64,000 nucleotides of DNA, from contig JBHGNT010000009.1 of NCBI GenBank assembly GCA_043228905.1, forward strand, positions 5,394,001 through 5,458,000, read 5' to 3'. The position numbers and the translations under genes were made by a program. The stretch comes from Azolla caroliniana (lineage: Eukaryota; Plantae; Polypodiophyta). Of the stretch, positions 13,206-25,393 are shown piece after piece (position 1 is the first letter of the stretch; each line of letters starts with the position of its first letter). Below the pieces are notes generated by a model. The model saw only the letters and a list, made by a program, of their open reading frames with translations. It ran no database searches and was not told where the DNA came from.

Positions 13206-13560
13206 CCCGGTGAGAACCGGATGACGAGTACCCGGCTACGGAGAGCCGGATGGTGCGGGCCCGGTGAGAACCGGATGACAAGTACCCGGCTACGGAGAAC
13301 CGGATGGCGCAGACCCGGTGACAACCGGATGAGGAGTACCCGGCTACGGAGAGCCGGATGGTGCAAACCCAGTGAGAACCGGATGAGGAGTACCCCGGCT
13401 ACGGAGAGCCGGATGGCGCAGACCCGGTGACAACCGGATGAGGAGTACCCTGGCTACGGAGAGCCAGATGGCGCAGACTCGGTGAGAACCGGATGAGGAG
13501 TACCCGGCTACGGAGAGCCGGATGGTGCAGACCCAGTGAGGAGTGCTCACCGGATGAAGA
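13206..13560 (+). repeat. ~53-54 bp CCGG-rich tandem repeat in U3 of the A2 5' LTR (~6.5 copies)
   Basis: Unit CCCGGTGAGAACCGGATGAGGAGTACCCGGCTACGGAGAGCCGGATGGCGCAGA. Confidence 0.92.
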
Positions 13561-14037
13561 GACATATTTGTAAATATGTTTCTGAGAGTCCATCATGGCT
13601 ATATTTGTAAATAGCAGAAAAGTCATATTAGTATAAATATGACTTAGGGCAAACTTTTAGTCACTGTTGTTGTTATTCTTGTCTGCGCGAGATCAGAGTG
13701 CGTTACTGTGTACAAAGAGAGAGAGAGAGAGAGGAAGAGGTCATTGCCTCTATTGTAACCGCCGCCTTTGGCGAAGATCGTGAGCACGAGGTCGTTGCCT
13801 CCGTGAACTCACCGTTGTACATTCTAGCATAGTGATAGGTTGCAGCCTGTGGGCTGCCGTGGTTTTTCCCTAGTTTGGGTTTTCCACATAAACATCCTGT
13901 GTACTCTTCTCTTCTTTGTGTCGTGCGTTTCATTTCCCGTTTTCTGTGTATGATTCTAAGCTCGGTTGTGGCCGAGCGTTGCGTATAAGGAGCCTTGAGT
14001 TCCCATCAAGTGGTATCAGAGCGAAACGACACAGAAA

Positions 14038-17000
14038 ATGGACGAATCGTTGGGAGGCATGTTTAAGCTCACCGGCTCCAACTATTCGGTGTGGAAGTCG
14101 AAGATGAGGGACATGCTAGTGGTTAAAGACCTCTAGCTGCCGGTTCAGTTCGGGGACAAGAGACCGGACAAAATCGACGCCGCGATATGGGAGGTGATGC
14201 ACATGACGGCATACATACGGTGCTTCATCGACATGAGCCTATACAACAACTTCAATGAAGAGAGCAAGGCTCATGAGCTCGGGGAGAAGATCGGCATAAT
14301 GTTTCAAAACAAAAATGTATTTAATCAAGTTTTGGTATTCCGGAAGTTGGTAAGACTCCGGTACCAAGATGGCTCCAGCATGGCGGAGCACATGAATGCC
14401 TTCCAAGGGTTGATACACCAGGCAACATCATTGGAAGTACCTCTCGCCGACAAGGTACTAGCGCTACTCCTGCTCGGTTCCCTCCTGTATAGCTGGGAGA
14501 CGTTGGTTGTCACTTTGGGCAATGCCGGGCCGGAAGGAAAGCGGTTATCCCTAGCAAGAGTAAAGTCGAGCTTGCTAGATGAGAAGGCGCGTCGGAAAGA
14601 TAAAGATACGAGCTCCGACTCCAAAGCGCTCCTTACCGAATCGGAACGCGGAAGACAAAGAAACCGTAGTCCCCAGAAGTGGGAAAAGTCGGGGACACAG
14701 TCAAAGTCAAGGGGGAGACCTACTTGCTTCTATTGCGGCAAGCCGGGACACTTCCAGAAGAACAGTCGGCATTTCCGAAACGACAAGGAAACCGACGGTA
14801 CCGATTCGAAGCGGATACTGGACAGGAACGGTAAAGACCGGAGGGGGCCGAACCAGAAGGGGACAACGGCAATCGCGGCAAGTGAAGAAGAGTTGATGCT
14901 CATCACCGAGGAGAGTGAGATAAACCTTGCCGGCGACGAGATGACCTGGGTGGTCGACTCCGGAGCGTCATTCCACCTTACCCCGGACCGGAAATGCTTC
15001 TCATCCTACTCAACCGGTGATCACGGCTGTGTCCGGATGGGGAATGAAGGGACATGCCGAATTGTCGGCATAGGAGACGTGTGGCTGTCAACACCAACCG
15101 GATGCAAGTTGTTTCTGAAGGATGTCTGACACGTTCCAGAGGTTCATCTGAACCTGATATTAGCCGGTCGGCTAGATGATGAAGGCTACACGGGTAGCAT
15201 CCGGAACGGTGTCATGAAGTTCAGCAAAGGGAGCCTGATTGTGGCTCGGGCCCGGAAGGTAAACACGTTGTACTTGATGAATGCCCGGTTATGTCCGGAG
15301 TATGCTAGCGCATGCAAAACTACCCAAGAAGTTTTGGGTTGAGGCATTGTCGACGGCGACATATGTGATAAATAGATCACCCTCAGTACCCTTGGACGGA
15401 GAAACACCGCAGAGAGTATGGACCGGTAAGGAAGTATCCTACCGGCATCTGAAGGTGTTCGGGTGTCTCGCGTACGTGCATGTAGCTAAGGACCGGAGAG
15501 GAAAGTTAGATCCAAAGACCCGGCCATGCATATTCCTCGGTTATGGTGACGATGAGTTCGGCTACTGAGTGTGGGACCTAGTCGACAAGAAGGTATTCTG
15601 GAGTCGAGATATTATCTTCATGGAGGACAAGACGCTCATCGACTGGGAGTCGGAGAAGAAGATAATGAACTCCGAGTCGACCGGTAAGGACCGACTCTAC
15701 GATGAGCAGACCCAACCGGCAAGAGACTGGTTAGCACTCGAGGGACCAGCCAAGTTACGGTGAGGATACCGAACAGGCTGAAGAAGAAGTAGTCAAAGCT
15801 GGAACCAGAACCGGCCAAGACCCCGAATCGGATTCGGATGAAGAGCAAATGGAGGAGCCGGTTACCGAAGCCCAAAGACGGAGATATCCTCTCAGAGAGA
15901 GAAGGGCGCCCCGGAGATTTCCGGATGTAGAGCATGTTCTGCTCACCGATGAGGGGGAGCCAGAAAGCTTCGAAGAAGTGAAGGATGACACCCACAGCCG
16001 CAAATGGTTAAGTGCCATGCAGGATGAGATGGATTCCCTGCATGAGAACCATACGTACGAATTGGTGGAGTTGCCGAAAGGAAGGCGGGCACTCCGAAAC
16101 AAGTGGGTGTACAAGTTGAAACCGGGAGATGCCGGCAACCCCCCAACATACAAAGCCAGGATCGTGGTGAAGGGGTTCCAGCAGAAAAAGGGCGTGGACT
16201 TTGACGAGATATTTGCCCCAGTAGTAAAGATGACCTCCATCCGGACGGTGCTGAGTATAGTGGCAAGCACGGACCTCGAGGTAGAACAGCTGGACGTGAA
16301 GACGGCATTCCTTCACGGCGACCTCGAAGAGGAGATCTACATGCAGCAACCAGAGGGATTTGTGGAGAAAGGGAAGGAGCACCTAGTATGCCGGTGGAAG
16401 AAGAGCCTGTACGGACTAAAGCAGGCTCCCCGAAAATGGTACCGGAAGTTCGATTCCTTCATGACCGATCAAGGGTACCACAAGACGCAGGCCGATCACT
16501 GCGTGTTTGTGAAGAAGTTCGAAGGAGGCGACTTCCTAATACTCCTTCTGTACGTGGATGACATGTTGATCATTGGACGGGACCAAGTCAAAATACAGAT
16601 GCTAAAGAGGCTCTCAACCGGACCTTCTCAATGAAAGACTTGGGTCCGGCAAGACAGATGTTGGGCATGCATATTATCTGGAACCGGTCAGTGAAGCAAT
16701 TATGGCTGTCACAGGAGAAGTACGTGACAAAGGTGCTTCACCGGTTCAACATGTCAGATGCGAAACCGGTCGGATCGACACTTCCGGCAAACTGCAGGCT
16801 ATCCGGTAAGCAAAGCCCGAAGACGAAAGCAGAGAAGGCGGATATGATGAAGATTCCATATGCCTCTGCCGTCGGGAGCTTGATGTACGCAATGGTGTGT
16901 ACCCGACCGGATATAGGATACGCAGTCGAAGTGGTGAGCCGGTTTATGAGCAATCCCGGCAAGGAGCACTGGAACGCGGTCAAATGGATACTCCGGTATT

Positions 17001-17523
17001 TGAAGGGCACTTCAAATATGTGTCTCCAATTCGACTCCGGAAAACCTCAACTTGACGGTTTCACCGATTCGGACATGTCGGCTGATGTGGATACCAGCCG
17101 GTCTACATCCGGGTATGTAATGACATATGCAGGGGCAGATGTCTCGTGGCAGTCGAGGCTGCAGAAGACGGTTGCATTGTCAACCACGGAGGCGGAGTAC
17201 ATGGCTGTTGTGGAAGCCGGCAAGGAAATATTATGGATGAAGGACTCGGAGAGCTCGGTATCCGGCAAGATGAATACCGACTCTATTGCGACAGTCAAAG
17301 TGCCATCCACCTTGCTAGGAATGTGGCCTACCATTCCCGGACGAAGCATATCCAGCGAAGTTATCACTGGATCCGGGAAAGAGTAGATGACTAGGAGTTC
17401 GCACTGACGAAGATCTACACGGCCGAGAACGGGTCAGATATGCTAACCAAAGTGCTGACACCCGACAAGCTGGATGCATGCCGGAAGAGGATCGGACTAG
17501 TAAGACACCCCATGCCAGAGTGA
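14038..17523 (+). pseudogene. Copia A2 gag-pol pseudogene
   Basis: Zinc knuckle CFYCGKPGH, protease WVVDSGAS, RT LLLYVDDML, RH TDSD. Stops at 14134, 15127 and 15566, frameshifts, and a 551-bp deletion at GTCCGGA 15293-15299 relative to A1. Confidence 0.92.
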
Positions 17524-17615
17524 AGGGGGAGTTTGTTGGGAGACAGGTCCCTCCGGATGGGAAGGGAGAAGAATAGTGTTGATGAACAAACTCGGCAGAG
17601 GCCGACAGGCCGAGG

Positions 17616-17970
17616 CCCGGTGAGAACCGGATGACGAGTACCCGGCTACGAAGAGCCGGATGGTGCAGGCCCGGTGAGAACCGGATGACGAGTACCCGGC
17701 TACGGAGAGCCGGATGGCGTAGACCCGGTGAGAACCGGATGAGGAGTACCCGGCTATAGAGAGCCGGATGGCGTAGACCCGGTGAGAACCGGATGAGGAG
17801 TACCCCGGCTACGGAGAGCCAGATGGCGCAGACCCGGTGAGAACCAGATGAGGAGTACCCCGGCTACGAAGAGCCGGATGGCGCAGACCCAGTGAGAACC
17901 GGATGAGGAGTACCCGGCTACGGAGAGCCGGATGGTGCAGACCCGGTGAGGAGTGCTCACCGGATGAAGA
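17616..17970 (+). repeat. ~53-54 bp tandem repeat in U3 of the A2 3' LTR
   Basis: Same unit and similar copy number as 13206-13560. Confidence 0.92.
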
Positions 17971-19014
17971 GACATATTTGTAAATATGTTTCTGAGAGTC
18001 CATCATGGCTATATTTGTAAATAGCAGAAAAGTCATATTAGTATAAATATGACTTAGGGCAAACTTTTAGTCACTGTTGTTGTTATTCTTGTCTGCGCGA
18101 GATCAGAGTGCGTTACTGTGTACAAAGAGAGAGAGAGAGAGAGAGGAAGAGGTCATTGCCTCTGTTGTAACCGCCGCCTTTGGCGAAGATCGTGAGCACG
18201 AGGTCGTTGCCTCCATGAACTCACCGTTGTACATTCTAGCATAGTGATAGGTTGCAGCCTGTGGGCTGCCGTGGTTTTTCCCTAGTTTGGGTTTTCCACA
18301 TAAACATCTTGTGTACTCTTCTCTTCTTTGTGTCGTGCGTTTCATTTCCCGTTTTCTATGTATGATTCTAAGCTCGGTTGTGGCCAAGCGTTGCGTATAA
18401 GGAGCCTTGAGTTCCCGTCAGACTTGTGGTTGCTGACATTTCTAGCTCAATCGACATCCGTGTCCTTAGTGCCACTAACATATCGCAGGATTCGGTGCGC
18501 GCACTGAAGGTGCTCCACGGTCGGATAATTGAGGTCCGACAGGGTGATGGTCATATAGATAAGGCTTCCGACTATCTGTCAGAACCTTTTCAGGTCGCAT
18601 GTCGTTCCGGAGTTAGGGCAAAGCTTCACATTCTGGTTCAGAGGAGTCTAGACGGATTTGCATTCCGTCATACCGAATTTGAAGAGCATACTCAACACAT
18701 AATGTTGTTGTCTGATCAATATACCTTCGGGGTTGCGGATCACTTGGATCCTGAGGAAGTAATGAAGGTCCCCAAGATCCTTCATGACAAATGATGCCAG
18801 AGCTGGGATTTGACGCGGCCGATTTCGTCCAGATCAGCACCGGCGATGACTAGATCATGTACATAAAGTAAAATACTAACCAACCCATTCTGACCTTGCC
18901 GGATGAAGAGAGAAGATTCTAATTTCGATGGAGCAAAACCCATCCAACGCAGTCTCTGCGTGATCTTCGTGTTCCAGGTGCACGTGGCTTGCTTGAGTCC
19001 ATAGAGGGACTTCT

Positions 19015-22000
19015 TGTTGGGATTATGGTCCCTTTCGGATGGGATGGTCGGATGTCTGAAGATGAATGCCGACATGCCCGGTTTCGGTTTCGGAACCGGA
19101 TGATGAAGACCCCGGTTTCGGAACCGGATGACGAATGTACCCGGAGAGAGATCCGGATGCGGGCACATATCTGCGAATATGTTTGCCAAGAGCCCTTGAG
19201 GCTATAGTTGTAAATAGCCCTAAAGTCATATGTGTATAAATATGACTTAGGGCAAACAGTTTTGTTGTTGCTATTCATTTTTCTGTTTTTCCACTCTAGA
19301 GGAGTGAAGAGAGAGCAGCCGTGAGAGAGAGAGAGAGATAGAGCGCGAGAGAGGAAGAGGACGACGCCTCTGTGTATTTCCGCCGCCTGTGGCGAGGACA
19401 GCGAGCTCAAGGTCGTCGCCTTGCAGCTCGCCATTGTATACTTTCTTGTGCATAGTGTTGGTTTGGAGTCTTGTACTCCCGTGGTTTTTCCCGTACAGGG
19501 TTTTCCACGATAAATCGTGTGTCCTCTCTATTTTTTTGCATTTCCCATTTTCTGCTCCATTGATTCGCGCTTGCTCGGTTGTGGCCGAGCGGTGAAGGTT
19601 AATAGAAGGGTCGATCCCCAACAATCTGGTATCAGAGCGAGTTGCTGCAGAAAATGGAAGGCGGCGGCAGCGGGCAGCCGGGGATGATGGTGCTGAATGC
19701 GCAGAATTACGCCGACTGGAAGATCAAGATGGAGGATCTTCTGATTGTTCGGGACCTGTACAAACCGATCGACAGGTCGGAAATACCGAAAGGGGTACTT
19801 GAGTCGGAGTGGAAGCTCCTGAACCGGAAAGCCGTAGCGACGATCCGACAGTATGTCGATGTAAGCGTCCTACAACATGTGGCGAACGACACCAACGCAT
19901 ATGAGATGTGGAAGAAGCTGTCGGGCCTCTACGAGAGGAAGAATGCGTTGAACCGGACCTCCCTGATGAGGAAGATAGTGAATCTCAAGTACCGGGATGG
20001 CGAGAGTATGGTGGAACACGTAAGCACATTCATGGGATTCGTGAATCAGCTTGCGGCGATCAAGTTCCCGTTGGAGGATGCAATGCAAGCCATCATCCTG
20101 ATGTGTACATTGCCGGAAAGCTGGGAGAACTTGGTGGTGACTCTCAGCACCTCCTGCACAGAAGATAACTTGTCCTTGCAAACGGTAAAGACAAGTATTT
20201 TGAACGAAGAAGCGCGTCGGAGAGATAAAGAACCGGCCTCCGACCCGAAGGCGCTGCTTACCGAATCGGATCGGGGAAGACAATGGAACCGGAGTCCGCA
20301 AAGACGGGAGAAGTCGGGGACCCGGTCGCAGTCAAGAGGAAGGCCCACATGCTTCCACTGTGGGAAGCCGGGGCACTTCCGAAAGAATTGTCGGCATTAC
20401 CGAAAAGACAACGGAGCCGACGACACCGATTCGAAGAAGTCACCGGAGAGAAACGGTGCATACCGGGGAGCCACGGACCGGAGAGGTTCGGATCGGCGAG
20501 GGCAGGACAGGAAAGGAACAACGGCACTCGCGGCAAGTGAGGAAGAAATCATGGTCATCACCGAAGAAGGTGAACTAAACATTGCCGGCGATGAGACGAC
20601 CTGGGTGGTCGATTCCGGAGCATCGTTCCACCTGACCCCGGAGAGAAGATACTTCTCATCCTACACAGCCGGTGAGCATGGCTGTGTTCGGATGGGAAAT
20701 GAAGGTACGTGCCGGATTGCCGGCATAGGAGACGTGTGGTTGACAACCCCGACCGGATGCAAAATGCTGCTGAAGGATGTCCGACACGTTCCGGAGGTTC
20801 GATTGAACCTGATTTCGGCCGGGAGGCTAGACGATGAAGGCTACACAGGTAGCATCCGGAACGGCGTGATGAAGTTCAGCAAGGGGAGCCTGATAGTGGC
20901 TAGGGCCCGGAAAGACAACACACTGTACCTGATGAATGCCCGGTTATGTCCGGAAGAGCTGAATGTGGCAGCCGACACTGCCGGTGAGCTGTGGCACAAA
21001 AGACTGTGTCACATGAGTGAGAAGGGGATGAAGAGGCTTGCAGAAGACAACCTCATTCCAGTGAAGCATGTGCACCTGGAGAAGTGCACCGATTGCCTGG
21101 CCGGTAAGCAGAACCGAGCCTCCTTCCACTCAAGGCCACCGACGAGACGTAGAGCACCATTGGAGTTGGTGCACACCGATGTGTGTCAGGTAGAAACGAA
21201 GTCACATGGCGGAGCCCAGTACTTCGTAACATTCATAGATGATCATAGCCGAAGACTGTGGACGGCACCGATGAAGACAAAGGACCAAGTGTTGTCCGTC
21301 TTCAAAGAACTCCACGCGAGAGTGGAAAGAGAATCCGGCAAGAAGCTGAAGGCGATACGAGCGGATAACGGAGGGGAATACCGGGGGCAGTTCCAGGAGT
21401 ACTGTCGCTCGAAGGGAATCCGGCTCGAGTTTACTGTGCCGAAGACGCCGGAACTGAACGGGCTGGCCGAGAGGATGAACCGGACCATAATGGAGAGGGT
21501 CCGGAGTATGCTGGCGCATGCGAAATTACCCAAGGGGTTTTGGGCTGAGGCAATGTCGACGGCGACATATGTGATAAACCGATCACCCTCAGTACCTTTG
21601 GACGGGGACACGCCGCAGAGAGTGTGGACCGGTAGGGAAGTATCCTACCGGCATCTGAAGGTGTTCGGGTGTCTCGCATACGTGCATGTGGCAAAGGACC
21701 GGAGAGGAAAGCTAGATCCAAAGACCCGGCCATGCATATTCCTCGGTTACGGCGACGACGAGTTCGGCTACCGAGTATGGGACCCGGTCGACAAGAAGAT
21801 ATTTAGGAGTCGAGATATCATCTTCATGGAGAACAAGACACTCGCCGACTGGGAGTCGGAGAAGAAGATGAAGAGCTCCAAGTGGACCGGTGAGGATCAA
21901 CTCTACGAGGAGCAGTCCCGACCGGCAAGGGACCGTTTAGCACTCGAGGATCTGGCCGAAGACGGTGAAGAAACAGAACCGGCCGAAGAAGATGAAAATG

Positions 22001-24346
22001 ATACCGGAACCGGCCCCGATCCCGAAATGGATTCGGATGAAGAAGAATCGGAAGAACCGGTTACCGAAGCTCCGGAACGGAGATATCCTCTAAGAGAGAG
22101 AAGGGCCCCCCGGAGATTTCCGGAACCAGAGCACCTGTTGCTAACCGACGAGGGGGAGCCGGAGAGCTTTGAAGAGGCAAAACATGACACCCAGAGCCGC
22201 AGGTGGTTGAGTGCCATGCAGGACGAGATGGATTCCCTGCATGAGAACCACACATATGAACTTGTGGAGCTGCTGAAAGGAAAACGGGCACTCCGTAACA
22301 AGTGGGTGTTCAAGCTGAAACCGGGAGATGCCGGAAACCCCCCGAGATACAAAGCCAGGATCGTGGTGAAGGGGTTTCAGCAGAAGAAGGGCGTCGACTT
22401 CGACGAGATATTTGCCCCGGTAGTGAAGATGACCTCCATCCGGACGGTGCTGAGCATAGCGGCAAGCATGGACCTCGAGGTAGAACAGATGGACGTGAAG
22501 ACGGCATTCCTTCACGGTGACCTCGATGAAGAGATCTACATGCAGCAACCGGAAGGATTCGAGAAGAAAGGGAAGGAGCACCTGGTATGCCGGTTGAAGA
22601 AGAGCCTTTACGGACTGAAGCAGGCTCCCCGGCAATGGTACCGGAAGTTCGACTCCTTCATGACCGACGAAGGGTATCTCAAAACGCAGTCCGACCACTG
22701 CGTGTTTGTGAAGAAGTTCGAAGGAGGAGACTTTCTAATACTCCTCCTGTACGTGGACGACATGTTGATCGTCGGACGGGACCAGGTCAAGATACGGATG
22801 CTGAAGAAGGCTCTTCACCGAACCTTCTCAATGAAAGACTTGGGTCCGGCGAGACAAATACTAGGGATGCACATCATCCGGGACCGGAGCAAGAAGCAGT
22901 TGTGGCTGTCACAGGAGAAGTACGTGACAAAGGTGCTTGAACGGTTCAACATGTCGGAAGCAAGACCGGTCGGATCGACCCTCCCGGCAAACTGCAAGCT
23001 GTCCAGCAAGCAAAGTCCCAAGCCAAAGGCTGAAAAGGAGGATATGATGAAAGTGCCGTATGCCTCAGCCGTCGGGAGCTTGATGTACGCCATGGTGTGT
23101 ACGAGACCGGACATCGGATATGCAGTCGGAGTGGTGAGCCGGTACATGAGCAATCCCGGCAAAGAGCATTGGAACGCGGCCAAGTGGATACTCCGATACC
23201 TGAAGGGCACGACAAACGTGTGCCTCCGATTCGGCTCCGGTAAGCCCGAACTCGACGGCTTCACCGATTCGGATATGTCGGCTGATGCAGATACCAGCCG
23301 ATCCACATCAGGGTATGTGATGACGTATGCAGGGGGAGCTGTTTCATGGCAGTCGAGGCTGCAGAAGACGGTTGCGTTGTCAACCACGGAGGCGGAGTAC
23401 ATGGCGGCTGTTGAAGCCGGCAAGGAAATGATATGGATGAAGGACTTCATTAGAGAGCTCGGTATCCGACAGGAGGAGTACCGACTCTACTGCGACAGTC
23501 AGAGCGCAATCCACCTTGCGAAGAACGCGGCCTATCACTCCCGGACGAAGCACATCCAGCGAAGATATCACTGGATCCGGGAAAGGATAGAAGACAAGGA
23601 GTTCGTGCTGACGAAGATCCACACGGACGAGAACGGGTCGGATATGCTGACCAAGGTGCTTACACCCGACAAGCTGGAAGCATGCCGGAAGAGGATAGGA
23701 TTGGAGAGACATCCCATACCGAAGTGAAGGGGGAGTTTGTTGGGATTATGGTCCCTTTCGGATGGGATGGTCGGATGTCCGAAGATGAATGCCGACATGC
23801 CCGGTTTCGGTTTCGAAACCGGATGATGAAGACCCCGGTTTCGGAACCGGATGACGAATGTACCCGGAGAGAGATCCGGATGCGGGGACATATCTGCGAA
23901 TATGTTTGCCAAGAGCCCTTGAGGCTATAGTTGTAAATAGCCCTAAAGTCATATGTGTATAAATATGACTTAGGGCAAACAGTTTTGTTGTTGCTATTCA
24001 TTTTTCTGTTTTTCCACTCTAGAGGAGTGAAGAGAGAGCAGCCGTGAGAGAGAGAGAGAGATAGAGCGCGAGAGAGGAAGAGGACGACGCCTCTGTGTAT
24101 TTCCGCCGCCTGTGGCGAGGACAGCGAGCTCAAGGTCGTCGCCTTGCAGCTCGCCATTGTATACTTTCTTGTGCATAGTGTTGGTTTGGAGTCTTGTACT
24201 CCCGTGGTTTTTCCCGTACAGGGTTTTCCACGATAAATCGTGTGTCCTCTCTATTTTTTTGCATTTCCCATTTTCTGCTCCATTGATTCGCGCTTGCTCG
24301 GTTGTGGCCGAGCGGTGAAGGTTAATAGAAGGGTCGATCCCCAACA
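19015..24346 (+). mobile_element. Intact, young Ty1/Copia element (Tnt1/Tork-like), copy A1
   Basis: 609-bp LTRs at 19015-19623 and 23738-24346 (3 differences seen by eye), perfect TSD CTTCT (19010-19014 / 24347-24351), PBS TGGTATCAGAGC 19627-19638, PPT 23726-23735. Confidence 0.97.
19654..23727 (+). CDS. Copia gag-pol polyprotein, intact (~1357 aa from the first ATG)
   Basis: Uninterrupted ORF: gag, CFHCGKPGHFRKNC knuckle, DSGAS protease, LWHKRLCH GAG-pre-integrase, integrase D-D-E (HTD, RADNGGEY, NGLAER), RT YVDD, RH (SDMLTK). Confidence 0.97.
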   Translation: MEGGGSGQPGMMVLNAQNYADWKIKMEDLLIVRDLYKPIDRSEIPKGVLESEWKLLNRKAVATIRQYVDVSVLQHVANDTNAYEMWKKLSGLYERKNALNRTSLMRKIVNLKYRDGESMVEHVSTFMGFVNQLAAIKFPLEDAMQAIILMCTLPESWENLVVTLSTSCTEDNLSLQTVKTSILNEEARRRDKEPASDPKALLTESDRGRQWNRSPQRREKSGTRSQSRGRPTCFHCGKPGHFRKNCRHYRKDNGADDTDSKKSPERNGAYRGATDRRGSDRRGQDRKGTTALAASEEEIMVITEEGELNIAGDETTWVVDSGASFHLTPERRYFSSYTAGEHGCVRMGNEGTCRIAGIGDVWLTTPTGCKMLLKDVRHVPEVRLNLISAGRLDDEGYTGSIRNGVMKFSKGSLIVARARKDNTLYLMNARLCPEELNVAADTAGELWHKRLCHMSEKGMKRLAEDNLIPVKHVHLEKCTDCLAGKQNRASFHSRPPTRRRAPLELVHTDVCQVETKSHGGAQYFVTFIDDHSRRLWTAPMKTKDQVLSVFKELHARVERESGKKLKAIRADNGGEYRGQFQEYCRSKGIRLEFTVPKTPELNGLAERMNRTIMERVRSMLAHAKLPKGFWAEAMSTATYVINRSPSVPLDGDTPQRVWTGREVSYRHLKVFGCLAYVHVAKDRRGKLDPKTRPCIFLGYGDDEFGYRVWDPVDKKIFRSRDIIFMENKTLADWESEKKMKSSKWTGEDQLYEEQSRPARDRLALEDLAEDGEETEPAEEDENDTGTGPDPEMDSDEEESEEPVTEAPERRYPLRERRAPRRFPEPEHLLLTDEGEPESFEEAKHDTQSRRWLSAMQDEMDSLHENHTYELVELLKGKRALRNKWVFKLKPGDAGNPPRYKARIVVKGFQQKKGVDFDEIFAPVVKMTSIRTVLSIAASMDLEVEQMDVKTAFLHGDLDEEIYMQQPEGFEKKGKEHLVCRLKKSLYGLKQAPRQWYRKFDSFMTDEGYLKTQSDHCVFVKKFEGGDFLILLLYVDDMLIVGRDQVKIRMLKKALHRTFSMKDLGPARQILGMHIIRDRSKKQLWLSQEKYVTKVLERFNMSEARPVGSTLPANCKLSSKQSPKPKAEKEDMMKVPYASAVGSLMYAMVCTRPDIGYAVGVVSRYMSNPGKEHWNAAKWILRYLKGTTNVCLRFGSGKPELDGFTDSDMSADADTSRSTSGYVMTYAGGAVSWQSRLQKTVALSTTEAEYMAAVEAGKEMIWMKDFIRELGIRQEEYRLYCDSQSAIHLAKNAAYHSRTKHIQRRYHWIRERIEDKEFVLTKIHTDENGSDMLTKVLTPDKLEACRKRIGLERHPIPK

Positions 24347-25393
24347 CTTCTTCAATCGGCACACTGCCGATGTATTCATGTCGGACTGAAATCCAGGGGG
24401 GTTGAACCATATACACCTGCTCCTGAAGGTCACCTTGCAGGAACACGTTCTTTACATCCATTTGATGTAGATGCCACCCCTTCACCGCTGCTACCGCAAG
24501 CCAATCCGCCTCGTTCGCCATGAGTGTGTGTCGGTTTGTGTGCTCGTTGACGCACCCGTGTGGTTCTCTTCTACTAGGAGCATTGACTATAAGTCAAAAA
24601 ATGAGGGGGTCTTCTCCCTTGTACAAACCACCATCCGGAATGCTCCGAATTTTGACACTAGGCCCACAAGACAAACCTGCACCATCTCATCTTCCTCGAC
24701 AGTCACATTAATAGAGGCAAGTGAGTTGCAGATGTCTTTGATCCGGGCCGTATAGTCGGCCACCGACATGTCCTTCTGTCAGACATTGATCAAGCCTTGT
24801 CGGAGTTGCAGCTTCCAAGTCATGGTGCTTGTGACAAAGACCTTCTTCAGGTTTCCCCAAGCTGCCTTCAACTTCTTGGCATCCCGGATATGGCTCAACA
24901 GTTGATCGCCAACATTGGGCACAAAGCAGTACATAATTCTGCTTGCCACTTGTTCCCAAGTCAGGAAGTCCTTGTGTGCCGCATCAGGTGTCATATCGTT
25001 AGCTCCGTCAACATAACTCTAGTAACCATGCCCGAGCAGGTACTGGTGCATCTTGTACGACCAAGATGCGTAGTTGGATCTGTCGAGCTTCTCCGTCAGG
25101 AGCGAGCTAGCCATTCCTCTATCCATTCTAACCTTGTTTCCTATTCTCTACCAGGTGTTAGGGTTTGTCTTTGGTAATCACTCGTCGACAAAAGAGGTTC
25201 TCAACCCTCGCACTCTGATACCATGTAAAAGATTATGATTGTGAAAGCTTTGATAAAACCGGTTCCACCGGATAACAACAGAGAATAAAGACACGGGTTT
25301 AATGGAAACCTTACATAGGAGAGACAGAGAGAGCATAAAGCATAAACTCAATTTAAAATAACAACCCTCTTTGTAACACTCTGTACATACAAT

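Larger units (their letters stand above)
13144..18420 (+). mobile_element. Ty1/Copia Tnt1/Tork-like element, copy A2 (decayed; integrase core deleted)
   Basis: 5' LTR 13144-14008 (first ~20 nt and TSD deleted), PBS TGGTATCAGAGC 14011-14022, PPT ~17522-17531, 3' LTR 17534-18420. Confidence 0.93.

Noticed and set aside
13206-13560. CRISPR-like array
   Set aside because: Head-to-tail tandem units with no unique spacers, duplicated in both LTRs of a plant Copia, and no cas genes
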